64,000 nucleotides of DNA, taken from a virus. Lineage: Duplodnaviria > Caudoviricetes. Position numbers and translations under genes: made by a program. The notes below the pieces were generated by a model. It made no database searches, had not been told where the DNA came from, and saw only the letters and a program-made list of their open reading frames with translations. The stretch is taken from positions 64,001 through 128,000 of the IMG/VR virus record IMGVR_UViG_3300037067_003476. One strand, given 5' to 3'. Below, one piece after another: positions 41,272-51,053 of this stretch (position 1 is the first letter of the stretch; every line of letters starts with the position of its first letter).

Positions 41272-42279
41272 TTAGAAGCTACCCAGCAGTACGCGCCGCT
41301 CATCCAGGCACGCGAAACCGGCTTCCATCCAACCATAGAGACCAGCCCTACGTCGACGATGCAGTGCGGGATCTTCAAACACCGATAGTGGCTCTTTAAC
41401 TGGCATAACGAACGAATCGTTCTTGCTCAGGTCTAGGCCAACCACGATCTCGGTATCTGATGTTCCCATAGAACCACTTAGTACATCATCAAAGTAATTC
41501 TGAAACTCTTGATCCTCGCCCAATTCGTCGATATCGTGAAGATTGACGCCGTAGATCTGGCTAAGCATACCATCTCGTGCGGTGAAAATCTCTCTACGAG
41601 TCACGTCGTCAACATCGTCTTCGTCCCAGTCACGAATGTCTTCGAGCGCTTCTGGCGAAATGTAGAGGTCAGTCAAACGACCACGATTTTCTGACGCGGA
41701 GTTGCCTCCGGCAGTACGCCGCATACTGGTCTTCATAAGACTGACCAGTCGCTTGGTAAATTGACCCGCAGCAGCAGCGTTATCATAAATCAAGATCCCA
41801 CGACCAACACCAGCAGCCAGCAAAACTCTCCAGCCATCAGTATTGAGTTTCTTGATGAAACCGGCTTCGAGAACCTCCACGGCGCGAGCCACGATATTCC
41901 AACGAGCCTGACGACTGTATTTCAGTAGCCAGTCAATCGAATTGCCGATATCGTAGGTCTGTACGGTCACTAGATCGCCACCAATGTGTCGCTGTGGAAC
42001 AGCGCCTTCTTGGGGTAGCGAATAAGCAACATAGTCATTTTCCATTCCTGGTTGATAGAAATCTAGCGGATATTCTGCGGTAGCACTTGGATCAAGATTC
42101 TCTACCGTAAATATATCGCCAAAAATATCGCCAGGAAGGATACCCTGACGCAATGGTTCCTCCAACGCCTGGGCCAAAGCCCGCATGGCATTGACAGCCT
42201 CAGCCTGATCTTGTGAGCCAGTGGCTTTCAGGAGGGCGGTCATCTTTTCGTCTGGCTTAATAATTTTGTTGTCTTTCAT
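41272..42279 (-). CDS. Major capsid protein (HK97 fold)
   Basis: 335 aa after protease and decoration genes; EG.VP E-loop, LYISPE, G.YGW.E.GF ending; strong SD and terminator. Confidence 0.85.
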   Translation of the reverse strand: MKDNKIIKPDEKMTALLKATGSQDQAEAVNAMRALAQALEEPLRQGILPGDIFGDIFTVENLDPSATAEYPLDFYQPGMENDYVAYSLPQEGAVPQRHIGGDLVTVQTYDIGNSIDWLLKYSRQARWNIVARAVEVLEAGFIKKLNTDGWRVLLAAGVGRGILIYDNAAAAGQFTKRLVSLMKTSMRRTAGGNSASENRGRLTDLYISPEALEDIRDWDEDDVDDVTRREIFTARDGMLSQIYGVNLHDIDELGEDQEFQNYFDDVLSGSMGTSDTEIVVGLDLSKNDSFVMPVKEPLSVFEDPALHRRRRAGLYGWMEAGFACLDERRVLLGSF

Positions 42280-42294
42280 TGGTTTTCCCTCCTA

Positions 42295-42765
42295 TTACAG
42301 ATCAACAAAGACCTTAACGAAACCATCTGGATCTGCGGTCGTTTCGAATTTGCCAACGACAACTGAATAGCTACCGGAGGGCATCTCAGTGGCAAAATAC
42401 CCACTGACACCCAGATATGCATCGCCGCCCGCCGTTGGTGTGCCGGTGATCATATCGGTAACAACCCAGCCCTTCCTAATCAGGCAGACCTTTTCGCCTG
42501 GAAGAACTTCGCCATTATCAAAGTTCCGGTGGAACCTTGTGGTTGGTGTGTACACAGCAACATCTGCTAGCATCACACCCTTGGGGACAGCACCCGACGG
42601 ATCAGCAGCGTATTCTACTACGTTGTTGGTGTCATCAAGCGATACACCTGATCCGGCTGTAACCAGACTTGCACAGCCGCCCTTTTCTACTGTTGCGGCG
42701 GTATCAGTCCAGAAATAGCTGATGTCATCCATCGCATTGTAGTCGCGATCTGGTTTTAGAGCCAT
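42295..42765 (-). CDS. Capsid decoration / cement protein
   Basis: KGWVVTDMITGTPTAG..AYL..SG and DGFVKV beta-tulip-like pattern; between scaffold and capsid genes. Confidence 0.7.
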   Translation of the reverse strand: MALKPDRDYNAMDDISYFWTDTAATVEKGGCASLVTAGSGVSLDDTNNVVEYAADPSGAVPKGVMLADVAVYTPTTRFHRNFDNGEVLPGEKVCLIRKGWVVTDMITGTPTAGGDAYLGVSGYFATEMPSGSYSVVVGKFETTADPDGFVKVFVDL

Positions 42766-42779
42766 TTCTATTACCTCCC

Positions 42780-44153
42780 TTACTCAATTACACTATTACG
42801 TTTTAACAAACATTCAGCGGTTGCCTTGGCAGCTTTGATAACAGATACAGTCTCTGTCTCACCATTGCCACCTTGCAAGTCCGGTGTTTCCTCTGTCTTG
42901 ACATCATCAAGAACTTCGGCACTGGTAGAATCATCTGTCTTTTCGGTTTCCGCCTCTGTTCCTGCATTTGTCTTGGTTTCGCCAGCGTACTTCAGAATCA
43001 AAGCAAATGTTTCTTCGCTCATTTCTCGAAGTTCGGCCAATGTTTCAGCCTCATCAGAAATGCTTTTGACCTTGGCCAGTTCTGCCAGTCTTTGACGCGC
43101 TAGTTCATTCTTGCGAATACCAACTAGTTCAGCCTCTGCTGTTTCGGCGCGACCGGTCACTTCCGCGAGTTGCTTGTCAGACTCTAGAAGCTTAGCACTT
43201 ACTTCGTCTAGCTTCGTTTGAACATCAACCAATTTGGCCTCAGACTCAGAAACCTTTTGTGTTAATTCGGCAATCTCAGCATCTTTGGTTTCTAGTGTCT
43301 TAGTCACCTCGTCGATTTTGTCCTGAAGAGCCTGCATATCAACGTTCTCTTCAGCCATAGTTTCCATACCTCCTACTTGTTCGTTTGCGGCAACCTTAGC
43401 GGCTACTTCCTTAATAACCGAATCTGGATTGGCAGGGTTACTGACAATACCCTTACCAGCAAAAACGATATTCTTCAACACTCTTCCGATACGGATATTC
43501 TCGTACAAACCATTGCCACCATAAGCTCTCAAATACTTAGTCAAAAATGAGGTCTGTTCATTTCTCTCTATAACCTTGCTCTCACCGGTTGTGGGATTAA
43601 TCATGGCGTATGCGAAATCATCAAACCAAGCCTCCATCGAAACAAAAATCTTGCCATTTCTTGCCGCTTCTAAAATAGCCTCAATCTTTTCTCTATACGA
43701 TGAAAGGTCTTTATATAGAACACCAACGACTTCAAGGTCATATGTCTCTGGTGTGTTGTCTTCTACTATGTCCGAGCCATCCTTGTTTACTGCCCTGCTG
43801 CTTATCATGTGACCAATGATTTCGGCATCCTTGTGTCCAATATTGATAGGCTTATGTACTGGACTTTGGCGTGCAGACCAAACTTCTTCTGGCAAAAACA
43901 CGTCATCGTTTTTGTTCCAGCCGGTGCTAACAAGGATCGATGTTATGTATGCCAAATCGGGCTGGTTTATGTCATTCATAACTTCCTGTAAGTCTGCACT
44001 TGATAGAAGTTTTCTTATTGTCGTATCAAAATCGCTAGACTCACATTTGTAATCTGATACACAAACCAATCCATCAACAGAAGCAATGGATTTTTCAATA
44101 GAACCACCGATTCCAGCGTCTATCTCTGATTGGTAAACTGGTATTGTGCCCAT
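42780..44153 (-). CDS. Prohead protease fused to a scaffolding domain
   Basis: N.NDD.F, KPINIGH, VSME and F.G.GIV.NPA protease motifs; acidic coiled-coil C-terminus. Confidence 0.8.
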   Translation of the reverse strand: MGTIPVYQSEIDAGIGGSIEKSIASVDGLVCVSDYKCESSDFDTTIRKLLSSADLQEVMNDINQPDLAYITSILVSTGWNKNDDVFLPEEVWSARQSPVHKPINIGHKDAEIIGHMISSRAVNKDGSDIVEDNTPETYDLEVVGVLYKDLSSYREKIEAILEAARNGKIFVSMEAWFDDFAYAMINPTTGESKVIERNEQTSFLTKYLRAYGGNGLYENIRIGRVLKNIVFAGKGIVSNPANPDSVIKEVAAKVAANEQVGGMETMAEENVDMQALQDKIDEVTKTLETKDAEIAELTQKVSESEAKLVDVQTKLDEVSAKLLESDKQLAEVTGRAETAEAELVGIRKNELARQRLAELAKVKSISDEAETLAELREMSEETFALILKYAGETKTNAGTEAETEKTDDSTSAEVLDDVKTEETPDLQGGNGETETVSVIKAAKATAECLLKRNSVIE

Positions 44154-44168
44154 AGTTTCCTCATAGTT

Positions 44169-44176
44169 TTATACAC
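44169..44176 (-). promoter_or_regulatory. GTGTATAA motif (putative late promoter)
   Basis: Upstream of the protease-decoration-capsid genes. Confidence 0.6.
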
Positions 44177-44209
44177 ACAACAAGTGCCAATATATTTGAT
44201 TGTAAGGAT

Positions 44210-44521
44210 TTAACGAGGATTCATGACAAAAGACGCTACGTTGCCAGCTACCTCTGATGGCGTTTGATCTTTGCGCTGAGCTAGTCCGTGCTCGTTAAGA
44301 GATGCATTTGTCTCTTCTGGTTGTGGCAAATACCAGTATGTTACGCGATCAAGACCGCTTTCATCTTTATCGTCCTTGCAATATGAAAGACTTAGCCTCG
44401 ATACACCATCTGCGTCAACATACTTTTCGACCATAAAGCATTTGGCCGCAACAATTTGGCCATCAACCGTGATAACACTTTCTCTGCTACTCGTATCAAC
44501 TGCGATACTAATAATTGCCAT
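44210..44521 (-). CDS. Hypothetical head-region protein
   Basis: GGGAGG SD; between portal and protease. Confidence 0.6.
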   Translation of the reverse strand: MAIISIAVDTSSRESVITVDGQIVAAKCFMVEKYVDADGVSRLSLSYCKDDKDESGLDRVTYWYLPQPEETNASLNEHGLAQRKDQTPSEVAGNVASFVMNPR

Positions 44522-44522
44522 T

Positions 44523-44906
44523 TTAACCTCCCCATTCTTCGGTGTTTAGATCAAATTCCCTAATCAATTCTTCCGCCTCTTCCTTATGTGTCTTAAGTAG
44601 TGCTTTTGCATGACGAGCAAGGTGTGATTGTGCTCGCTTACGAAACTTAACCGCACTTTCTTTAACTGGTTCAACCTGATTCACGCGGGCCAGTGCATTG
44701 CGCAGGTGCGGTAGGTCTACCGTGCCGTTATCGTTCGGATCTGTTACTGTCTTTGAGTGATGTGGTAGGTGACGGCATTTTTGCAGAGTCTTACCATCCT
44801 CGTCCTTCTCTGCGCCAGCCTCTACCACAAATGCTTCGTCTGGCCACGATTTATCGCCAAATAACGCAACTGCCCTATCGAACACCTCAATTATATTCAT
44901 CGCCAT
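44523..44906 (-). CDS. Hypothetical head-region protein
   Basis: PDEAF...RHLPHH...DLPHLRNALAR motif recalled from phage head morphogenesis regions. Confidence 0.6.
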   Translation of the reverse strand: MAMNIIEVFDRAVALFGDKSWPDEAFVVEAGAEKDEDGKTLQKCRHLPHHSKTVTDPNDNGTVDLPHLRNALARVNQVEPVKESAVKFRKRAQSHLARHAKALLKTHKEEAEELIREFDLNTEEWGG

Positions 44907-46986
44907 CTCTCTTTATCGCATGTATAGCCCATGCAGTGGACATAAGTCGCCTTCGCTCTGGTAGTGTTGGTTGCTTGGAAACAATAGACATAAACTCGCT
45001 ATATAGTTGTCTATATGTTTTATCGATCAACACCACTGTATCATCAGATGTTTTTGCCAGCGCAGCACTTATTGTTTCGTCTGTAACCCTATCGGTCAGT
45101 GATAAACAGCACAATATAGACCATTTAATATTTTCAAGTTCTGTCCGCTGTGCCGCAGAAGCCTTTCTGATATTACCGATTCCCTTTGACGATAAAAACA
45201 TAGGGTCTACGCATTTATCGATCTCATCCAAGAAAGTTTCTGCTATATTCTCATACACATAACTCAATGTCTTTGGGGTTCTGGTGTCTCTTGGCTTAGT
45301 GCTTGGTTGATTAGATGGCCTACCATTTTTCGGCGAAATAGAATCATCTTTAGGCTGGTCGCCGAATGGATTGTCCCCTCCGCCAGTACCGCCAGATTTG
45401 CTTTCTTCTAGCCTAATGGCGTTATCTGTCTGGCGGTCCATAACGCTGAACGGTCTGTTGTATGGCCCAGCCTTCTCAAGAACCGGCTTCGCCGCATCGC
45501 GTAAATCCTGTTCTTCTTTCAATCTCTCTAACTCAATCACAAAGTCGTGACCAAATACTTTCAATACAGTTTCTATTGATATAATCCCGCGATCAAGCAA
45601 CTGTATCACTAGGGCTTTTTCAGCGGCCTCGTCTCGTAAAGACATGGTGCCAAAACGAATAGTCGGCATGCGCTTGAATCCCATTGCCTTGGTTACTAGA
45701 GTAAGCTCTGTCTCTAGCCATTCCAATGCCTTTGATCGAACGTACTCTAATCTTTCAACAAGGGTCTTCAGTTGAACAAACGCAGTTTGCCCATTCCTCG
45801 TTGCCATATCGGTGCCGCCCAAAAGTGCGTCTGGTACACCGAGCCCCCTAACAATATCCGTATTTACTGACTTATATTTACTGTCTCCAAGAATCTTATC
45901 TGTCGGTGGATACTCGACTTGTAAGTCAATCATATCATCCCAAACAATATCCATTGCACCGCCACCACAATTATTTTGTAGTATACCTATCAACTTAGAA
46001 ACCGCAGCTTTGGTGGGTAATATCTGCTTATCGGATTTTCCAAGTTTCCAGACACGTATGACGTTAATAATTCCATCTAACGCGGCTATGTCGGCTAGCC
46101 GCATTTTATCCTTAAGCATGATGTCTTCGAGCACAGAATACAAAAATGGCGTACCCCAATCATCCCAGTCATCCTTTTTGTAGTACGATACGTATGTTCT
46201 TGCGGGATCTAGAACAACTTCGCCCTTCTTGTTTTTAGCCGCTTTGATAATATCTGACGGTAACTTGTTAGCCAACTCTTTGTCGGCCGCACTTTTCGGA
46301 TCTGAGATAGCACGACGAAGATCTGGTGATATTGTCATTACAATTGTGTCGTCTCCATAAAAACGAGCGAGAGTACCACCACCCTTCTTGCAAATAGCCG
46401 GAGATATGAATACGTATTTCCATGGAATAATCCACTTATTTAATGCTTTTTTGTCTTTGGTAACTCTTTCTGGTTTATCAATCTCAATATCATCCTCGGC
46501 CCTAACGAACTGCTTACGCGCCGGTTTGGATAAAAACCCAAACTTTCTATGAATAATCACATTCCCGTCTCGTAGCATATTCTTCATAAAATCGTGAACG
46601 CGATCTTGTAATTTAACGCGTTTCGCCCACTCCTGGAAAAAATGCTGTTGAGCACGAACCGGGTGGACTAACTCTATTCCCTCTGAAGCAAAATCGGCCA
46701 TAAGATCGACGATGTTTCTAACCATACCATTTCGTCTATAAATAGATTGACAACCTAGAATTATATCCCCGTGCTCTGTCGGAATCCTATCTTCCAAGCG
46801 CGAGTTGTCTTTGTCATATCTATTGTACCCAGACCTTTGATGAACACTACTCGATGACCCAACGGCTCGTACAATAAACGGATCATCTATGCTACCGGCC
46901 TTATTGAAGTCTTTTGTGTACAACCGATTATCCTTAGTTGGTTTAACAACTGGAATAGATTTTGTGTCGATCTTTTTCTTGGACAT
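44887..46986 (-). CDS. Portal protein
   Basis: Directly after TerL; VRNIVDLMADF, DGNV, W..WGTPF, GLGVP..LLGG, GIIS.ET. Confidence 0.85.
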   Translation of the reverse strand: MSKKKIDTKSIPVVKPTKDNRLYTKDFNKAGSIDDPFIVRAVGSSSSVHQRSGYNRYDKDNSRLEDRIPTEHGDIILGCQSIYRRNGMVRNIVDLMADFASEGIELVHPVRAQQHFFQEWAKRVKLQDRVHDFMKNMLRDGNVIIHRKFGFLSKPARKQFVRAEDDIEIDKPERVTKDKKALNKWIIPWKYVFISPAICKKGGGTLARFYGDDTIVMTISPDLRRAISDPKSAADKELANKLPSDIIKAAKNKKGEVVLDPARTYVSYYKKDDWDDWGTPFLYSVLEDIMLKDKMRLADIAALDGIINVIRVWKLGKSDKQILPTKAAVSKLIGILQNNCGGGAMDIVWDDMIDLQVEYPPTDKILGDSKYKSVNTDIVRGLGVPDALLGGTDMATRNGQTAFVQLKTLVERLEYVRSKALEWLETELTLVTKAMGFKRMPTIRFGTMSLRDEAAEKALVIQLLDRGIISIETVLKVFGHDFVIELERLKEEQDLRDAAKPVLEKAGPYNRPFSVMDRQTDNAIRLEESKSGGTGGGDNPFGDQPKDDSISPKNGRPSNQPSTKPRDTRTPKTLSYVYENIAETFLDEIDKCVDPMFLSSKGIGNIRKASAAQRTELENIKWSILCCLSLTDRVTDETISAALAKTSDDTVVLIDKTYRQLYSEFMSIVSKQPTLPERRRLMSTAWAIHAIKRDGDEYN

Positions 46987-47023
46987 TGATATCTCCTAGT
47001 GTAATTATAGTCCGACTACGGTT

Positions 47024-49549
47024 CTATTGATTATACACCTCTCCGCGTTTTACGGCAGCGACATTATTGCTTCTGGCCCACTCTGCATTTCTGAATCCTG
47101 CAATTCCTGGTCCGCGATACATACCCTCTGACGGGTCCACGTTAACAGCCCTGATGTTACCTGGGACATCATCATAATCTATTATTGGAGGAGGAGTTAT
47201 ATCGTTGTCGTAGACATATCTGTGAGCAATCAACAAACTGGTATACCTATCCTTTCGCATCTTATGGGTTTTTTTCTTACCCTCAGATATGCTCATTTCT
47301 GTAACAGAAGGTGCTTCGAATTTTTCCTTTCCAGTCGGAGTCGATGTCATTTTGATGGCACATAATTCGTTTTTAAGTTCTTCGATATTATGAACGATGT
47401 CTTCGTAAGTATCGGTTGTTATTCCGGCAAGATTTTCAACAGCCATTGCCGCCTGCATTTTAACGGTATTTATTCCTGGGAACAATAGTTTTCTGGTTTC
47501 AAAGCTCTTGTGCATAAACAAATTAGACTGACTATTCCATTCGGTCGATTGCGCGATAAGATGTAATATATGTGGCCCATCCCTCTCTTCGTCCATTGCC
47601 TTTGGTGCATCAAAATCAATTACCTCATAAATTGGCATATCCCCTTTAGATGGATCTAATAGCTTTTTATTCCTTAGCATCTCGGCTATAGCATATCCAC
47701 CACCCTGACTATCCATCTCTATGCGAATAGGCGAAAACGCCTTAACGACATCTCGTATACGAGAGCAACAGTAATCGTAATAGTCTTTGTTTGTAACCAA
47801 CCCTCGCTTCTTACGTTTCTCAAACTCTGGTTTGTTAACTGCCCAGCAATATACTATTCTCCAGTGATTAGGCCAAACCTCTATTATGGTTATTGCCAAA
47901 TTATCCCGTTCTGCTGCTGGGTCAATTCCGATCACGTACTTGACACCCTTCTGTGCTCGGGTTATTGGCGTAAACACAATATCTCCGTCTGGCGTCGTGA
48001 TGGGTTTGCCTGGATATGTTGTACACGCCTCGATCAAACTTCTTTTATATATACCATCCGAGTCTGCAACAAAGCAATTGTGATGAACAATGCCCTGGGC
48101 TAGATACGAATGGTCTTCTTCTACCTCTAAATTATAGACCCAGCCAGAATAATCGTATACCTCTATTTTGATTACATAAACAATATTTTGAACTGGTGAT
48201 GAATCACCATCGTTACATACGAAAGACGATAGCTTATCACCAACCATCAAATGTTTCGCCGAAACAAATTTGCGACCATTCCATATCGGATGATAGGCTG
48301 TGACCTCGATAGGATTGTCAACATCAGTACTGATTTTGTATATAGACCCAGTGTAATATCTATACTTTCTTCTAATTACCTTTCGTTGTAGTCCTGTGTG
48401 AGATATTACTAAATCGCCACAATTAACATCAACTATCCTCTTCGTTCCATTACTAGTGTAGACTTGTGTATTTTCGACTGCGCATGCACCGTATTCCATT
48501 AGATATATATTGGTGGGTAACGTTGCTTTGGCGTGTGCTAATTGTCTTTGATCAAGCAATCCCTCTTGGACACAATTGTGGGGAAGACGAATAACAGCAT
48601 AGTCCTTCCAGTTAAAGTGCTCTGGTATGTTATCTTCGCCGCCAAAAATGTCGGCGATAATGTCTCTGTTACCACCACTTTGTATGATACTTTTCCACAT
48701 CTCATATCGCTTGGCGAAATGATTGAACGCATAGTACGCCGTACCACTATATATAATTTGGTTGGTACCTCGCGTGTCGCCAACAAGCCTATCTCGAACA
48801 TGCTTGGGAACACCAGCCTTTGCTAGCTTTTTATCAAGAGCTATCTTCTGTGCTTCTTCTACTGGACTTTTTGATGTTGCGGCGAATCCGCGAACTACGA
48901 TATCAAATACATCTGCTGGTATCGAAGCAAACTCGTCCGCTATAATACAATGGGCTCGAAGACCACGAATCTTTGTTCCGTCTCCCATCGGTGCAGCAAT
49001 AATAACGGACTCACCGATCCTAAAGTAACAAAGATCTACACTCTGTTTTGGTCCAGCTTTACGGCCACCACCAACAATACTGCGTAATACTGGAGCAGAA
49101 CTCCAGATATCTTCTATGTACTGAAAAACCAACTTTGCCTGTCTTAGCCCAGCACCAACTATTACTATTTTTGATCCTGGCTCAAGTATCGCCTTTAATA
49201 TTGCATAGACGGCCAATATGAAAGACTTTCCGGAACCACGAGATGCAATGAGCATTGGAAACGAATGGTCCCACAATGTTTTTAGAATAGCAAGCTGCAT
49301 AGGAAACAACGATGTGTTCAGAATAGACTTAACTGTCCATCCGATATATTCTGGATCAAGTATCGCACGAATAACAAACTCGTCTGCCTTTTGCTTATCA
49401 TGAACAATATCTTGAAATGGATGGTTGGTAATAACAGGAACATCGTCTCTGTTTGGGAATAAATATGCGTACCGGCCTTCGTCACCGTAGAGCAGCGCAT
49501 TTATTCTATCTATTTGTTTTTTATTCTTTACTTTTGCTGAGGAACCCAT
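47024..49549 (-). CDS. terL: Terminase large subunit (intein-containing)
   Basis: Walker A ASRGSGKS, RGLRA..IIADEF Walker B, RNase H-like IGIDPA nuclease. Confidence 0.92.
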   Translation of the reverse strand: MGSSAKVKNKKQIDRINALLYGDEGRYAYLFPNRDDVPVITNHPFQDIVHDKQKADEFVIRAILDPEYIGWTVKSILNTSLFPMQLAILKTLWDHSFPMLIASRGSGKSFILAVYAILKAILEPGSKIVIVGAGLRQAKLVFQYIEDIWSSAPVLRSIVGGGRKAGPKQSVDLCYFRIGESVIIAAPMGDGTKIRGLRAHCIIADEFASIPADVFDIVVRGFAATSKSPVEEAQKIALDKKLAKAGVPKHVRDRLVGDTRGTNQIIYSGTAYYAFNHFAKRYEMWKSIIQSGGNRDIIADIFGGEDNIPEHFNWKDYAVIRLPHNCVQEGLLDQRQLAHAKATLPTNIYLMEYGACAVENTQVYTSNGTKRIVDVNCGDLVISHTGLQRKVIRRKYRYYTGSIYKISTDVDNPIEVTAYHPIWNGRKFVSAKHLMVGDKLSSFVCNDGDSSPVQNIVYVIKIEVYDYSGWVYNLEVEEDHSYLAQGIVHHNCFVADSDGIYKRSLIEACTTYPGKPITTPDGDIVFTPITRAQKGVKYVIGIDPAAERDNLAITIIEVWPNHWRIVYCWAVNKPEFEKRKKRGLVTNKDYYDYCCSRIRDVVKAFSPIRIEMDSQGGGYAIAEMLRNKKLLDPSKGDMPIYEVIDFDAPKAMDEERDGPHILHLIAQSTEWNSQSNLFMHKSFETRKLLFPGINTVKMQAAMAVENLAGITTDTYEDIVHNIEELKNELCAIKMTSTPTGKEKFEAPSVTEMSISEGKKKTHKMRKDRYTSLLIAHRYVYDNDITPPPIIDYDDVPGNIRAVNVDPSEGMYRGPGIAGFRNAEWARSNNVAAVKRGEVYNQ
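47031..47038 (-). promoter_or_regulatory. GTGTATAA motif (putative late promoter)
   Basis: In the last codons of terL, upstream of the portal gene. Confidence 0.55.
48077..48484 (-). mobile_element. Mini-intein (136 aa, no endonuclease) in TerL
   Basis: EYGA|CAVENTQV (block A), VTAYHP (block B TxxH), VYNLEVEEDHSY (block F), IVHHN|C (block G, +1 Cys). Confidence 0.92.
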
Positions 49550-50040
49550 AATGATCTTTCTTGTTTTACAACCATATCAAAAATAATTTTTGAGACCTGC
49601 CTACCGCACTGTCCAACAAACATAATCGGAACAGAATACTCTGAACCAAGTTTCATTAACCAACCGATAACCGCCTTACCTGGAACATGCGTTTTAATTT
49701 GTGATGGCGATAATTCAAAAGCCTCTCGGGTTAAATCGGTTTCTATTAAAACATAACGATACTTAATTTCCGCCATCCTAATAAATTCATTCAATATTCT
49801 ATCTTGATCATTCAGGTAATTATTCCATAACTCTGAAAAACCTGCTTTCCGCTCGATACATAGTAAGTGTTCATAATTTTGAATAGAGTAGTCACCCGTT
49901 TTCAGGGTGTCTGTGGTCGTTCCCAGACATAACGGCGGGCGTTTCGTTGGGTGACTGCGCGAAAATTCCCAATAACTTCCACACTCTTTCTCTCGTGTAT
50001 CGCGAATCACAGTATATGATGGCATTATTAGTCTTGGCAT
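49528..50040 (-). CDS. ERCC4/XPF-family nuclease
   Basis: IRDTRE, LKTGDYSI, IERK motifs. Confidence 0.85.
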   Translation of the reverse strand: MPRLIMPSYTVIRDTREKECGSYWEFSRSHPTKRPPLCLGTTTDTLKTGDYSIQNYEHLLCIERKAGFSELWNNYLNDQDRILNEFIRMAEIKYRYVLIETDLTREAFELSPSQIKTHVPGKAVIGWLMKLGSEYSVPIMFVGQCGRQVSKIIFDMVVKQERSLWVPQQK

Positions 50041-50046
50041 GACTTG

Positions 50047-51053
50047 TTACCCATTAATTTCTATTCCAACTTGACGACAATCATGTATCACCATTTCTCG
50101 TATCAATTCGTGAAACGTAGTCTTTGGTTCCCACCCAATGATTCTCTTGGCTTTAGAAGCGTCTCCACATAATAGTTCTACATCTGCGGGACGAGAACAT
50201 ACTGCGTCATACCCGACATGATCTTCCCAGTTTAGGCCAACTACCCCAAATGCTTCTTCGAGCAATTGTTTAATAGACCATGTTTTCCCTGAAGCTATTA
50301 CAAAGTCGTCTGGCTTTTCTTGTTGAAGGATAAGCCACATTGCTTCTACATAATCACGAGCATGGCCCCAGTCTCTGCGCGCTGTTAGACTCCCTAGTTT
50401 AAGTTTGTCTATTTGTTTATTATGCTGTCTAGCTTGAAGCAGTCTAGCAATATACATAGTAATTTTGCGGGTAACAAAATCTTCGCCACGCCTAGGACTA
50501 GAATGATTAAAAAGGATGCCTGTGCAACCAAAGACCCCATATGCTTCTCTATATAATCTACAGGAGTAATATCCTGCCGCCTTAGCTACTGCGTAAGGCG
50601 ACCTTGGACGAATTTCGGTTCCTTCATTTTGTGGGGATTCTCGTACATCTCCGAAAAGTTCCGATGTTCCAGCGAAATACATCTTGGTAGTATTACTAGT
50701 TTGTCTAATAGCTTCAAGAATATTTAGAGTTCCCATAGCATCGGTTTGAAATGTAGCGTATGGCTCAACAAACGATACACCAACATTGCTTTGTGCCGCT
50801 AGGTGATATATCTCATCCGGCTTTATTCCAGATATTATTCTAAACATACATGACGCATCGGTTATATCCCCCTCAACTAAATGCAGTTTGGGATTAGCTA
50901 ATAAATGGTTTATTCTTTCTTTTGTATTTGTAGACGATCTTCGTATTAAACCATAAACATTGTATCCCTTTTCTAATAGTAGCTCAGACAAAAACGATCC
51001 GTCCTGACCCGTAACTAAACGCCCGTGATTAGGGCTGTTTTAGTCCTGTTCAC
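50047..51053 (-). CDS. gmd: GDP-mannose 4,6-dehydratase, interrupted by a 5-nt insertion at codon 12 (candidate ribosomal bypass, or pseudogene/assembly error)
   Basis: AAGGAGG SD, then GTG 51053: MNRTKTALITGV-stop; the other frame continues VTGQDGSFLSELLLEKGY; downstream motifs TSELFG, YAVAK, FVTRKI, RDWGHA are intact. Confidence 0.85.

Noticed and set aside
50047-50991. gmd starting at TTG 50991 as in the ORF track
   Set aside because: This would delete the NADP-binding GxxGxxG loop; the real N-terminus and SD are visible upstream in another frame
51013-51020. TAG reassignment (alternative genetic code) as the explanation for the gmd stop
   Set aside because: Reading through TAG stays in the wrong frame, and other genes (e.g. 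401..1594, 7135..7977) end normally at TAG
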